Virus record (IMG/VR): IMGVR_UViG_3300032243_001524 | Location: 1 to 47,526 of that record | DNA: 47,526 nt | DNA from: a virus | Taxonomy: Duplodnaviria; Caudoviricetes | Direction: 5' to 3' (one strand) | Shown: piece after piece, positions 9,668 through 19,124 of the stretch | Layout of the letters: every line of letters starts with the position of its first letter | Position numbering within the stretch: the stretch's first letter is position 1 | Translations under genes and position numbers: made by a program | The notes under the pieces: model-generated | Told to the model about the DNA's origin: nothing | The model's input: only the letters and a program-made list of their open reading frames with translations | Database searches by the model: none

Positions 9668-9975
9668 TAAAGATAGCTACAGAAAACTTTAATGCACAAG
9701 TACACCCACCTGTGCTATTGCATTACGAAAACGACATGCCTGAGGGAGATGACGAATATGTTGACGAATCTTTCCTGGAAGGTGATGTTCATTCCATGAT
9801 CGATATGATTAAAAAATACATCCATATATTTTCTAATCCTCAAAGCTTAAAGATAAAGAACAACGGACGCATATGTGGCGACTGCAAGCAAACACAAGGT
9901 AAAAAACACATTTTTATAATAAAACATCTCGATAAGCCAGCACATGATCATGTAATGAAAGGCGTGTTACTATGA
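9664..9975 (+). CDS. hypothetical protein
   Basis: ATGA-coupled ORF; begins MIKIA; contains CGDC. Confidence 0.6.
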   Translation: MIKIATENFNAQVHPPVLLHYENDMPEGDDEYVDESFLEGDVHSMIDMIKKYIHIFSNPQSLKIKNNGRICGDCKQTQGKKHIFIIKHLDKPAHDHVMKGVLL

Positions 9976-10898
9976 GTCCATCTAACAATTTTGTATTACC
10001 ATTAGAAGTCAAATACCAAGCAAAGCTTCTTGCTGAGCAGGCAAATGAGCCAGTAGGAGTATGGGCTGCAAAGTCTGGCTATGGAGACCAGTACGGATAT
10101 GTGTATATTGCTAAATCGAAAACAGATACTTCAAGAGACAGATTTGATACTGAAGGATACGACGACACAAAAGGATTGCATGATCCTATTCAGTGGGTTG
10201 ATCAACCAGACCTGGTCCTATCTGACAAATTTACAAAGCAAAAATACAAAAAGAATTTGCCACATATCGACCAAGTAAATTTTATAAGACAAGAGGCTCC
10301 AAAAATGTTAATTGCAAGTAATCAAATAAAAATGACAAAAGATCAATGGATAAAGATTGGACAAATGCAAAAATGGCTCGACGATGATAGCATGGAAAAA
10401 TCCAGCCAATTAGGTACGGCTTTGCAGGTTCTGCAAATTGGGCTCATGGCAGCTCCTCTTATTACGAGTCTTATTGGAGGTGGAGATCAAGAAGAAGCTC
10501 ATGAAATGGCTCAGGAAAATCCAGAACAATTCCAGCAAATGATGCAGCAGACTACTCAGCAGGCACAACAAAACGTACAAACTGTACAGCCTATTATAAA
10601 ATTCATTCAAGATAAAGCAAGAGCACTAAACGCCCCATGCGCCAATAAGGCAGCCCCAACAGCATGCAAAAAACCTATTAATAATATGTCAGAATTTCAA
10701 AGCAAGATTATTGATATAAGCAACCGCATGAGAGATAATACCAAAATGAATGATCCCCAATATGTATGTCAATTATTAGATGAGGCAATGAATTTGGAAA
10801 TTTGTTCACGTGAAGTATTAAAACAAGCTGTACAATTCGGATCAACAATGCAGCAAGGTGGAAGCACTCTTGGAATGACAAGTCTAAATATAGCATGA
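9972..10898 (+). CDS. hypothetical protein carrying an internal copy of the W/G leader motif
   Basis: IKMTKDQWIKIGQMQKWL...EKSSQ followed by hydrophobic LQIGLMAAPLITSLIGGG; ATGA overlaps at both ends. Confidence 0.7.
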   Translation: MSPSNNFVLPLEVKYQAKLLAEQANEPVGVWAAKSGYGDQYGYVYIAKSKTDTSRDRFDTEGYDDTKGLHDPIQWVDQPDLVLSDKFTKQKYKKNLPHIDQVNFIRQEAPKMLIASNQIKMTKDQWIKIGQMQKWLDDDSMEKSSQLGTALQVLQIGLMAAPLITSLIGGGDQEEAHEMAQENPEQFQQMMQQTTQQAQQNVQTVQPIIKFIQDKARALNAPCANKAAPTACKKPINNMSEFQSKIIDISNRMRDNTKMNDPQYVCQLLDEAMNLEICSREVLKQAVQFGSTMQQGGSTLGMTSLNIA

Positions 10899-12391
10899 TA
10901 AACAAAAAAAGCATATCTGAAGAGTTTTTAAGAAGTCAAGACCCAAGTTTGCTTGCTCCGTTATTTTCTGGGACAAACGCCGAGTACGCCGCAGTACTGA
11001 TGCATAAATCTCTGGAACAAATGGATGTAAGTCCAGAGTTGCAAAGAGCTCTCGAAAATGCGGTTGCTGATGCAAGAAAAGTATTTCCAGGCTTTACTTT
11101 TGACAGAGTGCCATATTATTGGTTGATTAAGTCATCTAAAGCAAAGAATTCTGCCGTTCATATTCAAGACGAGTCTGGAAAAACAAAACCAATACTAATA
11201 ATGCGTCAAATCAAAAGTGGAGATACTTTAATAGGATATGACTACATTGATCTAGAAACTGGGAAGCTTATATATGCCAGGTCACAAGAAGGCGTCGATG
11301 CCGTGACAAGTGGGCTTAAAAGATTGCGTACCGGCAAATTAGCAGAGCTTGAAAGCATAAATAGAAATACCAATCTTCTTATTGAGTCTAAAGAAAACTA
11401 TCAGAGAAATGAAAAACTTGAAAAGTATCAAAGAGGAGATGTTTCCAACTTACTTCCAGCAGAGTCAATGCTAAAAAGATGTGAAAAAATATTAGAAGAA
11501 AGAATTAAAAGACTTGAATCAATAGTCGCATATTACAAGAATGAATCTGACAAAATTAAAGAATCTGGATCTCCAGAGATATTTAAAACTGTTCAAAATA
11601 TAATTGATCAAGAGTTGAGCAAGCCTGGTTCTCAATTCATAAAAAATGAATCTGATGCAATCAAAGCATTGGTAATGAGATACATGGGTAAACTATCAGA
11701 ATTTGAAGCTAAGTCAAAAACGAATGCTTTTGACAATATATTGCCATCGCCTGATGGCACAAAACAAAGACACAATATAAAACAAATAGTTGCTGTTGCT
11801 CATAGTATTTTAAAAGCTATAGATGAAGAAGCTGCCAGGAAGCGTGAGAAGAGAATGCAGTACACTCAAGAGCGCAAGGAAAAGATTGAAGCTCCTCAAG
11901 AATTTCCTGACACTCAGTCTCATCCGATGTTTGAGGTATTCCCCGCATTGAGTGAAGAAAGCTTTAAAGAAATATTGCCTGGCAATATAAAAGGATTCAG
12001 AGATGAAGTATCTTGGATGAAAGAAAAATTTGCAGTAGCGATTAACGAAGAAGAGCACAAACTTAATGCGATGAGAAAAATGAAAGACGCAGCTCAAAGA
12101 GTTCTAAAAATATTTTCTCTTAAAAGAGAAACAAAAAGTCTTTCTGTTATTAATTTTAACAATACTGACATGCATGCATTGACCGATGGGCTTGCTGGAT
12201 GCATGACTCTTATCAATTCTTATAAGCAAAACGTTCTTGTTATTGATAGAAAAACAAAAGAAAGAAGATTTAATAAAAATATGTTACACTCCGTTTTTGG
12301 TGATGCTGCGCTTGACTATTTTACAGCAAGGTATATTGCAGTAATTATAACATATATACAGATGGTGTTCGCTAAATATTCGAAAGCATAA
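10895..12391 (+). CDS. hypothetical alpha-helical/coiled-coil protein (498 aa)
   Basis: Long ORF translationally coupled to upstream gene; charged helical composition. Confidence 0.75.
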   Translation: MINKKSISEEFLRSQDPSLLAPLFSGTNAEYAAVLMHKSLEQMDVSPELQRALENAVADARKVFPGFTFDRVPYYWLIKSSKAKNSAVHIQDESGKTKPILIMRQIKSGDTLIGYDYIDLETGKLIYARSQEGVDAVTSGLKRLRTGKLAELESINRNTNLLIESKENYQRNEKLEKYQRGDVSNLLPAESMLKRCEKILEERIKRLESIVAYYKNESDKIKESGSPEIFKTVQNIIDQELSKPGSQFIKNESDAIKALVMRYMGKLSEFEAKSKTNAFDNILPSPDGTKQRHNIKQIVAVAHSILKAIDEEAARKREKRMQYTQERKEKIEAPQEFPDTQSHPMFEVFPALSEESFKEILPGNIKGFRDEVSWMKEKFAVAINEEEHKLNAMRKMKDAAQRVLKIFSLKRETKSLSVINFNNTDMHALTDGLAGCMTLINSYKQNVLVIDRKTKERRFNKNMLHSVFGDAALDYFTARYIAVIITYIQMVFAKYSKA

Positions 12392-12393
12392 CT

Positions 12394-12858
12394 ATGGCAC
12401 TTTGGTATAAAATAGCTCAAGCAAAAGGTGGAGTAGCCCCACCACCACCCCCGCCGCCGCCGCCACCACCCCCGCCTATGGGAGGAGGTGGTCCGCCCCC
12501 ACCTGGGGGCGCTCCTGCAGGGCCATCTGAGCAACGAGTCGGGACGTTATCTGGTGTGCACGAAGAAGATATAAATGATGATAAAAATGATGATAGAAAG
12601 CGTTTGAGAAAACTTAATAAAGCTTTTAAAAATGCCTTAAACGGCGGACATAGTATGGAGGACGCTGCTGCAATGGCAATTATGGCAAACGGGTCTTCTG
12701 TTGCGCCACATCAACTTGACATTGCAGAGACATTTGATCCAGACTTCCCAGATCAAGATCCGCCATTTATTCGGAAAATAATGGGGCTTGACTTAGGGAC
12801 TATTTCAGGGAAACCAGATGGAGGGTCAGCTCCTCCCGGCGGCTTACCTCCAGCATAA
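12394..12858 (+). CDS. proline-rich hypothetical protein with WYKIAQ N-terminus
   Basis: MALWYKIAQ, run of 13 prolines, tight operon spacing. Confidence 0.7.
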   Translation: MALWYKIAQAKGGVAPPPPPPPPPPPPPMGGGGPPPPGGAPAGPSEQRVGTLSGVHEEDINDDKNDDRKRLRKLNKAFKNALNGGHSMEDAAAMAIMANGSSVAPHQLDIAETFDPDFPDQDPPFIRKIMGLDLGTISGKPDGGSAPPGGLPPA

Positions 12859-12860
12859 CC

Positions 12861-13493
12861 ATGCAAACTTATCCATTTGAATTACCAAAGTTGCAATATG
12901 ATTATGATGCTTTAGAGCCATTTGTCTCTACAGAGACAATGAAAACTCATCATCTTAAACATCACAAATCTTATGTAGACAAGTTGAACGAGCTTGTTGA
13001 GGGAGATGATTTTCTTAAAGAGCTTCCGTTAGATCAACTTGTATCTAAAGAAACGCTAAGCAAAGTAGACGAGGAAACAGCAGAAAAAATCAGGAACTTT
13101 GGTGGTGGCCACTATAACCACACTGTGTATTTTGAGTTTCTTTCATCAAAACCAAAAAAACCAGGAAAAATGCTTGCTAAATTGATCAATGATCAATTTG
13201 GAGATTTTAAGACTTTTGAAAAAGAATTTAAAGATAAAGCAGAAAATCACTTTGGATCTGGATGGTGCTGGCTTGTTTTAAGCAAGCATGGCTTAATAAT
13301 TAAGACAACAAAAAATCAAGATACTCCAACTAACTTTGAGATTTGCACACCTGTGATGGGTATTGATCTTTGGGAGCATGCATACTATCTTGATCATAAA
13401 AATCGCAAAAAAGATTATATATCAAAAATATGGCAGAAGATAAATTGGAAAGAACTTGATAATAAAGTTCTGGAGGCAGAAAATGTCAAATAA
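12861..13493 (+). CDS. sodA: Fe/Mn superoxide dismutase, probably Mn-type
   Basis: LPKLQYDYDALEP, HHLKHH, NFGGGHYNH, FGSGWCWL, NQDTP, DLWEHAYY. Confidence 0.95.
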   Translation: MQTYPFELPKLQYDYDALEPFVSTETMKTHHLKHHKSYVDKLNELVEGDDFLKELPLDQLVSKETLSKVDEETAEKIRNFGGGHYNHTVYFEFLSSKPKKPGKMLAKLINDQFGDFKTFEKEFKDKAENHFGSGWCWLVLSKHGLIIKTTKNQDTPTNFEICTPVMGIDLWEHAYYLDHKNRKKDYISKIWQKINWKELDNKVLEAENVK

Positions 13494-13776
13494 TGATGAT
13501 AGTAACAATTGGTACTTACGTTCACTCATGAACATAGCTGACGACTTTGGTCAGGCCAGAATGAATAAATCTGCTTCTGTAAAAAAAGCAATTGCAGAAT
13601 CATTTGATATAAATATATCAGGCGATCAGGCAAAAAACATTATAACTCTTATGTCTCAAAACTACAAGGGGAAAGATCGTGTCAGCTACATGACAACGCG
13701 ACTAGTCGATATTATCCAGCAGGATGAAATTGAGTGTAAAAAAATTGCTTCTTTCCTTTCAAACTTCAAAAGATAG
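13483..13776 (+). CDS. hypothetical protein
   Basis: ATG at 13483 preceded by GGAGG (shorter than the ORF-track call); NNWY and KSA motifs. Confidence 0.6.
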   Translation: MSNNDDSNNWYLRSLMNIADDFGQARMNKSASVKKAIAESFDINISGDQAKNIITLMSQNYKGKDRVSYMTTRLVDIIQQDEIECKKIASFLSNFKR

Positions 13777-13777
13777 A

Positions 13778-14740
13778 TTACAGCTTGATGAACATCAAAC
13801 TTCGTTGAGCTATCAGGTAGAACCTGTAGTCAACATTTTGCGCTATTTCTCTTCCAAATAAAGCGCATGCACTTGATAAGTTTACGTTAGTGGCTGGATT
13901 CCAAAGCACTGGATTGTACAGCCTCAGAGCATAGGTAGATGGGGTGGAAGTAATATCAAAGTTATCAAAATTTGCTTTATGGTAAGCATATGATATTTTA
14001 CTGAATCCATTAATTAGGTCTGATACTGACGAGTAAGCATAGCCATATCCCTCAAAGTCTCTTATTTTTTGAATTTCTTCACTAATATTCATGCTCAATC
14101 CATCGTCGCATGATAATATAAATTTAAAATCAACAAAAGCATTAGGGTGGCGAATACCCTTTGGACTTCCATAAGATTTAATAAGACCGGAAATACGCCT
14201 ATCAAATGGGCCTCCACCACTAGTTGGAGATGGATCAAGATAATATAATGACTCATCAAGACTGAGCGATGCTGATGTTACTCCATTTTGCACAAAATAA
14301 TATCTTATGGTTCCATAGCTTCTTTCCCAATATCCAACTACTTCATCATTTCCATCATCAACTTGATCAAAATACTTACTTTTTATAGCAATCTTAAATT
14401 CAAAATCGTCTCTTGTAAAGTGTATGCGTGCTCCTGAATGCTTGTCAAAGTCTGCAATAAATTTTGACCGCTCAGAGCTAACGTCTACTGATGAAGAGAC
14501 GTTTGGAAAACTCATGTCTTGATATATCAAAGAAGCTGATTTGCCTTTTTGTACAAATCTAGAAAGCTCTCCTCTTCTACAATTTATGTCTACATCTGTT
14601 TTTGATATTTGAATACCTGTAGAATATCCATTGCCGTCACAAACATGAAGTTTATTATCTGTTACTCCATTATTTGAACCTCCTATATTGACAATTGAAC
14701 GATGTATATCAGACATCTTTTGATCTTGCAAATTACTCAT
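13778..14740 (-). CDS. putative tail/structural protein, paralog of 14740..16065
   Basis: N-terminal NIGGSNNG...DGNGYST motif shared with the neighbouring gene. Confidence 0.6.
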   Translation of the reverse strand: MSNLQDQKMSDIHRSIVNIGGSNNGVTDNKLHVCDGNGYSTGIQISKTDVDINCRRGELSRFVQKGKSASLIYQDMSFPNVSSSVDVSSERSKFIADFDKHSGARIHFTRDDFEFKIAIKSKYFDQVDDGNDEVVGYWERSYGTIRYYFVQNGVTSASLSLDESLYYLDPSPTSGGGPFDRRISGLIKSYGSPKGIRHPNAFVDFKFILSCDDGLSMNISEEIQKIRDFEGYGYAYSSVSDLINGFSKISYAYHKANFDNFDITSTPSTYALRLYNPVLWNPATNVNLSSACALFGREIAQNVDYRFYLIAQRSLMFIKL

Positions 14741-16065
14741 TATATTGCCACCACTTCTTCAATAACATCTGAATATATAATTAAATATTGAGAATAGTTG
14801 CATAAAAATTCATCTGATGCTGGGATACTGAATATAGTCCAATTAGTGTAATTTTCATTCATTAAAAATCTAACGTTCAATATAGTTTGACTATCAGGAC
14901 AGTTAACTTTATAGCTAAAATTAATCTGTGTGCTGTTTTTTTCGTTTGGATTTGTTGTTTCATAAGATGGCATTGAACTAAGGTCTATCGTTAAATAAAA
15001 TGTTTTAGATTCAGTTGAGATACTAGACCTATTTATGATTATATTGTTTATAAAATCACTATCTAAAATGTAAGATTCTGTAGAGTCTTCAATTAGTAGA
15101 GATTCTGCTTGAACGACACTTGAAGACAGCACTGGATCAGTAAGTGAACAGTTTTCTACATATATTGCAGCCCCAGTTGTGGTAAGTTCAATGTTAGTTT
15201 CATTACCTAAGCCATCATTGACGTTACTTGATCCTAACATTGTTGAATGAAGACCGTTATTGTTATTGTTGAGATATAAAAGATCTTTATAGGAGCCGCC
15301 AGGAGCTGCCTTTGAAAGTGGAACTGCAGCTTTGATGGCCTCACCTTTTCTGTAATCATTAGGGTACAAGTTCCAAGTAGATTGACAAAGTAACTTTAAT
15401 GAGCCTAAGGGCGGCTCGCCTATGGAAAAGCCAAAAACATTCTCACCTATTAATGATACATAATATGCAATAGAATCTGTTAAATCATTCCTTAACATTT
15501 GTACGCGCAGTAAATCAAAACCACGTGAAGTCGGATGAAAATTATTTACGCCTACAATATCATATCCGTCTGGAGACGTAAAATCAAAGCGAACCTTATT
15601 TGCATCAGTGTATAAAAATACATCAGTACAAGAATACACTGAATAAGGTCCAACTGCACTTATTGGATCTTTGCATACAGGAGCCCTTAATTCAAGCGTT
15701 ATTCTTCTACAATTGTTAACAGCCCCATCGGGATTGCATGGGACTACAAATCCTGGATCTGGTACTGAATAAAACATGGGCATAAAAAATTGAGCCCCAG
15801 GGTTGCCAACATATAAACTATTTGTTGAGGAGTACTCGATGCGATTTATTTTATACCCACCAGAAAAATTGTTGTAAAACATAGATCCAATGCTGCCGCC
15901 ATTAAAATCGATGTCTACAGAATGTAGTGACGCCTTAATCGTGCTATTCTGACCTGATCCATCAGTGATAGGAGACATGTCAGAAGTTAAGCCTTCATAG
16001 GATGAGCCTATTGTTAACAAGTCCCTATAAGACTCTGTTGGAGTTTTTCCATATAAACCACTCAT
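14740..16065 (-). CDS. putative tail/structural protein with duplicated N-terminal domain
   Basis: SYRDLL...DGSG at the N-terminus and SYKDLL...DGLG internally. Confidence 0.6.
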   Translation of the reverse strand: MSGLYGKTPTESYRDLLTIGSSYEGLTSDMSPITDGSGQNSTIKASLHSVDIDFNGGSIGSMFYNNFSGGYKINRIEYSSTNSLYVGNPGAQFFMPMFYSVPDPGFVVPCNPDGAVNNCRRITLELRAPVCKDPISAVGPYSVYSCTDVFLYTDANKVRFDFTSPDGYDIVGVNNFHPTSRGFDLLRVQMLRNDLTDSIAYYVSLIGENVFGFSIGEPPLGSLKLLCQSTWNLYPNDYRKGEAIKAAVPLSKAAPGGSYKDLLYLNNNNNGLHSTMLGSSNVNDGLGNETNIELTTTGAAIYVENCSLTDPVLSSSVVQAESLLIEDSTESYILDSDFINNIIINRSSISTESKTFYLTIDLSSMPSYETTNPNEKNSTQINFSYKVNCPDSQTILNVRFLMNENYTNWTIFSIPASDEFLCNYSQYLIIYSDVIEEVVAI

Positions 16066-16502
16066 GCTTTAAATTCTGATCCAGTAAATAATATATTATC
16101 TATATCATTAAATCTTATAAAATTTTCCGATGGGTTATATACTCCAGAATATCCGCAATATAGTATTGTTTTCCATTCGTGACTTATCAGATCGTCATTA
16201 GGAGCGCAGGTAAGAACCTTTTTTAAAACTGCAAATTGTTGAGGTATAGAAGTACAGGCTACTTTTGCTTCTGGTTTAATTTTTACACGTGCAAACGCTT
16301 TTTTTACTTGTGGTTGTTCCAGTTGAAGCTTGATGAAGCCTTTTTTCTTCATTTCTTTCTGAACTTCTTTAAAAAAGTCATTTACGTTAGTTGCTGGAGA
16401 CGAAAGCTGTACGAAATAGACCTTATCCTTATCTCTAGATATAGGCCTACCAAGAGCATCTTTCATTATTTTTACATTTTGTGGTGGTTCTTTGTTGTCC
16501 AT
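16062..16502 (-). CDS. hypothetical protein
   Basis: ORF with ATGA coupling to downstream gene. Confidence 0.6.
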   Translation of the reverse strand: MDNKEPPQNVKIMKDALGRPISRDKDKVYFVQLSSPATNVNDFFKEVQKEMKKKGFIKLQLEQPQVKKAFARVKIKPEAKVACTSIPQQFAVLKKVLTCAPNDDLISHEWKTILYCGYSGVYNPSENFIRFNDIDNILFTGSEFKA

Positions 16503-16546
16503 ATGGATATTTACTAGATGTACTTTTGCTAACCTTTGGAGGTATT

Positions 16547-17395
16547 ATGAATTCATCGACCAGTAATCTTGAACGTAAAGTCTTAGATCATGGCCTTGTA
16601 AGGCTTGTAGACTGTATGCCAGCCGTAGACGGCTCTAAATGCGCATTTGAGTCTGCCATAGTCCAGATGGCTCGAGTAAGCTATGGAAGCGGAACTAAAT
16701 CATTCCGTGAGGATATGGGGCTTGTAAAATATCTATTAGAAAATGATCATACAAGTCCCTTTGAGGGGGTCACGATAAAATTTCATATAAAGATGCCAAT
16801 CTTCGTTGCTCGTCAATGGGTTCGCCATCGGACTGCAAGCATTAACGAGTACTCTGCCAGATATTCTGTCATTGAAGACCAGTTTTACGTGCCAGAACCC
16901 AGTCGTCTAACTGGACAAAGTGCAACTAACAAACAGGGATCTTCTGATGAGCAAATACCAGAGGCTGATTTAGTTTCTTCACTCATAAGTGAACACTCAA
17001 AAGTTTCGTATGACTTGTATGAAAAATTATTAGAAAAAGGATTATCCAGAGAACTGGCAAGAATGGTCATCCCAGTAAACGTTTATACTGAAATGTACTG
17101 GGTAATGAATTTGCATAATTTACTTAAATTCTTAAGGCTAAGAATGGACAATCATGCCCAGTATGAAATCAGAGTTTTTGCAGATGCCATATACGAAATA
17201 ATGCATGAAATTGCTCCAAACATTATGGAAACTTGGAAATCATCACAAATGGAAGCTGTCAAATTAACTTCTGAAGAGATAAGAGTTATAAGTAATTATA
17301 TATCTGTAGATGAACAAATTCAGAAGCCAGAGGGGTGGAGCGCTAGGCGTTTTGATACATTTATGAATAAGCTAAAAGCACTAATATCTAAGTAG
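16547..17395 (+). CDS. thyX: FAD-dependent thymidylate synthase
   Basis: ARVSY, HTSPFE, RQWVRHRTASINEYSARY signature, RELAR, HAQYEIR; start moved to ATG 16547 after GGAGG. Confidence 0.97.
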   Translation: MNSSTSNLERKVLDHGLVRLVDCMPAVDGSKCAFESAIVQMARVSYGSGTKSFREDMGLVKYLLENDHTSPFEGVTIKFHIKMPIFVARQWVRHRTASINEYSARYSVIEDQFYVPEPSRLTGQSATNKQGSSDEQIPEADLVSSLISEHSKVSYDLYEKLLEKGLSRELARMVIPVNVYTEMYWVMNLHNLLKFLRLRMDNHAQYEIRVFADAIYEIMHEIAPNIMETWKSSQMEAVKLTSEEIRVISNYISVDEQIQKPEGWSARRFDTFMNKLKALISK

Positions 17396-17442
17396 GATGT
17401 TTAAGAGATTTTGGCATAATAGCCATTGGAGGCAACTCGCAC

Positions 17443-17778
17443 ATGGTGAACAAAGATATTGATGAAAAAATGGTACTATTAAAAGATGCAGAAAAGATTG
17501 TAGATCAAATCTATAATGCTTGGGAAAATCCAACCAATGCAGTAAATGGTGACGCAGCAAGAATTTGGAACACCATTAAAAACTGGAATATGGACGTTGA
17601 CAATAAGTTGATGAAGAAGGAAAATAAGGGATATTTTACATCTATGGTGGCAATGATGTTAAGTGTTGAAAAAGAAACTATAAAAATGTGCATTGCCAGC
17701 ATTGGCAAATCACGCCGCAAAGGCTCCAAGTGGGATACGATAGTTTCAAAGTTTTCAAAGAACTCTTCCCTGATTTAA
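17443..17778 (+). CDS. hypothetical protein
   Basis: GGAGG RBS; 111-aa ORF. Confidence 0.65.
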   Translation: MVNKDIDEKMVLLKDAEKIVDQIYNAWENPTNAVNGDAARIWNTIKNWNMDVDNKLMKKENKGYFTSMVAMMLSVEKETIKMCIASIGKSRRKGSKWDTIVSKFSKNSSLI

Positions 17779-17987
17779 AGCAAGAAAAAGAAGTAATATT
17801 CTTTGGAGGCTTAGACAAATATAGCTTTGATGTCACTTATAAACTTTACAGGCTGAAAATTCAGCATGAGTTTGTAATGTGTGAAGATATAATGTCGTTG
17901 CAAGTTATTAATGTTCGTAATGTCAAAGGTTTTCATGAAATAATGAACTACTTAGACAGTTTTAGATACGTTTGGGATATATCTTAA
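17730..17987 (+). CDS. hypothetical protein
   Basis: Fills the gap between neighbours; probable GTG start at 17730 (start uncertain). Confidence 0.45.
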   Translation: MGYDSFKVFKELFPDLKQEKEVIFFGGLDKYSFDVTYKLYRLKIQHEFVMCEDIMSLQVINVRNVKGFHEIMNYLDSFRYVWDIS

Positions 17988-17989
17988 GT

Positions 17990-18343
17990 ATGATAGAACA
18001 GTTTTTGATTGCTACCGTGAGCGGCCTTGGGATGGCCACCATTATAGTAGAAAAAGGTGATGATTTCCCAGTAAAATTACTAAGAGATCCAGCAAGAGCA
18101 TTAGTTAGATTTATTGCTGGAGAATCTTGGGCCTCCATTTTTGAATGCACAGTATGTATGTCTTTTTGGACAACACTTCTGTGTGAGCTATTTATGTATT
18201 TTATTATGCATAAAGGTTTCACTTGGCCGCTAAGTGGATTTGCTGCTTCTGGGATAACATTTTACACTATAGACTTTTTAAACACTCTTGATACAAGAAA
18301 GGCTACCGATGAAACAGGAAAAGAAGAAGAAACACAAGATTAA
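17990..18343 (+). CDS. small membrane protein with CxxC motif (DUF1360-like)
   Basis: Three hydrophobic segments; IFECTVCMSFW resembles the DUF1360 CxxCxxxW motif. Confidence 0.55.
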   Translation: MIEQFLIATVSGLGMATIIVEKGDDFPVKLLRDPARALVRFIAGESWASIFECTVCMSFWTTLLCELFMYFIMHKGFTWPLSGFAASGITFYTIDFLNTLDTRKATDETGKEEETQD

Positions 18344-19124
18344 GCAAGATCCTGAGCTATGGAAAAAGTTAGATGCTATAAGATCATCTGATTCTAACTT
18401 TCAGAGCAATACTGAATACAAAAATGTTAGAGCACAACTTGCCGCCCTTAATTACCCAATTGTTTTGAAGCTTGCAGATCTCATGAACCATAAGTATTCA
18501 GAGACTGACAAAAACGATCTTCAGGGATTTGGTAGTCTTGGATTGTTAGACGCAATTGACAAATTTGATCCATATAAGGATATTCAGTTTGAAACATTCG
18601 CCACATATCGTATATTTGGTGCGATGTATGATGAAATGCGAAAGCTTGACTGGGTTCCAAGACTTACTAGACAGAGATACTCAAAGGTTGAAAAAATTAG
18701 AGAGAAGTTTATAACGACTAATGGAAGAGCTCCAACTCGTGATGAAATGATCAGTCTAGTCCCAGGAGACACTGAAATAGAAAAGGAGAAAGCTGTTGAC
18801 GATAGTGTCATCAAACTGTCCTATTCAATTAATAAAATGTCATCACATGATGACGATGAAGACTTCTCTAGCATACACGCAGACAAGGGGTCAGGCCTAT
18901 TTGAGGACCTGGAAAGAAAAGAATTTTTTGCCAATAAGATAGCTCCTGGATTAAGTGACTTAGAAATGAGATTTATATACCTTGTTTACTATGAAGGTCG
19001 TTCCCTAAAAGAAGCTGCTCAAATTCTGCAGGTTAAAGAAAGTAGAAGCTCATCATTGCACGAAGCTGCCATAAGAAAATTAAAGGAAGTTTTCAAGGAT
19101 GATCCACAACTATTGGTGAGATGA
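18309..19124 (+). CDS. RNA polymerase sigma factor, FliA/WhiG (sigma-28) family
   Basis: Region 2 GLLDAIDKFDP...FETFATYRIFGAMYDEMRKLDWVPR; region 4 YYEGRSLKEAAQILQVKESRSSSLHEAAIRKLK. Confidence 0.9.
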   Translation: MKQEKKKKHKIKQDPELWKKLDAIRSSDSNFQSNTEYKNVRAQLAALNYPIVLKLADLMNHKYSETDKNDLQGFGSLGLLDAIDKFDPYKDIQFETFATYRIFGAMYDEMRKLDWVPRLTRQRYSKVEKIREKFITTNGRAPTRDEMISLVPGDTEIEKEKAVDDSVIKLSYSINKMSSHDDDEDFSSIHADKGSGLFEDLERKEFFANKIAPGLSDLEMRFIYLVYYEGRSLKEAAQILQVKESRSSSLHEAAIRKLKEVFKDDPQLLVR

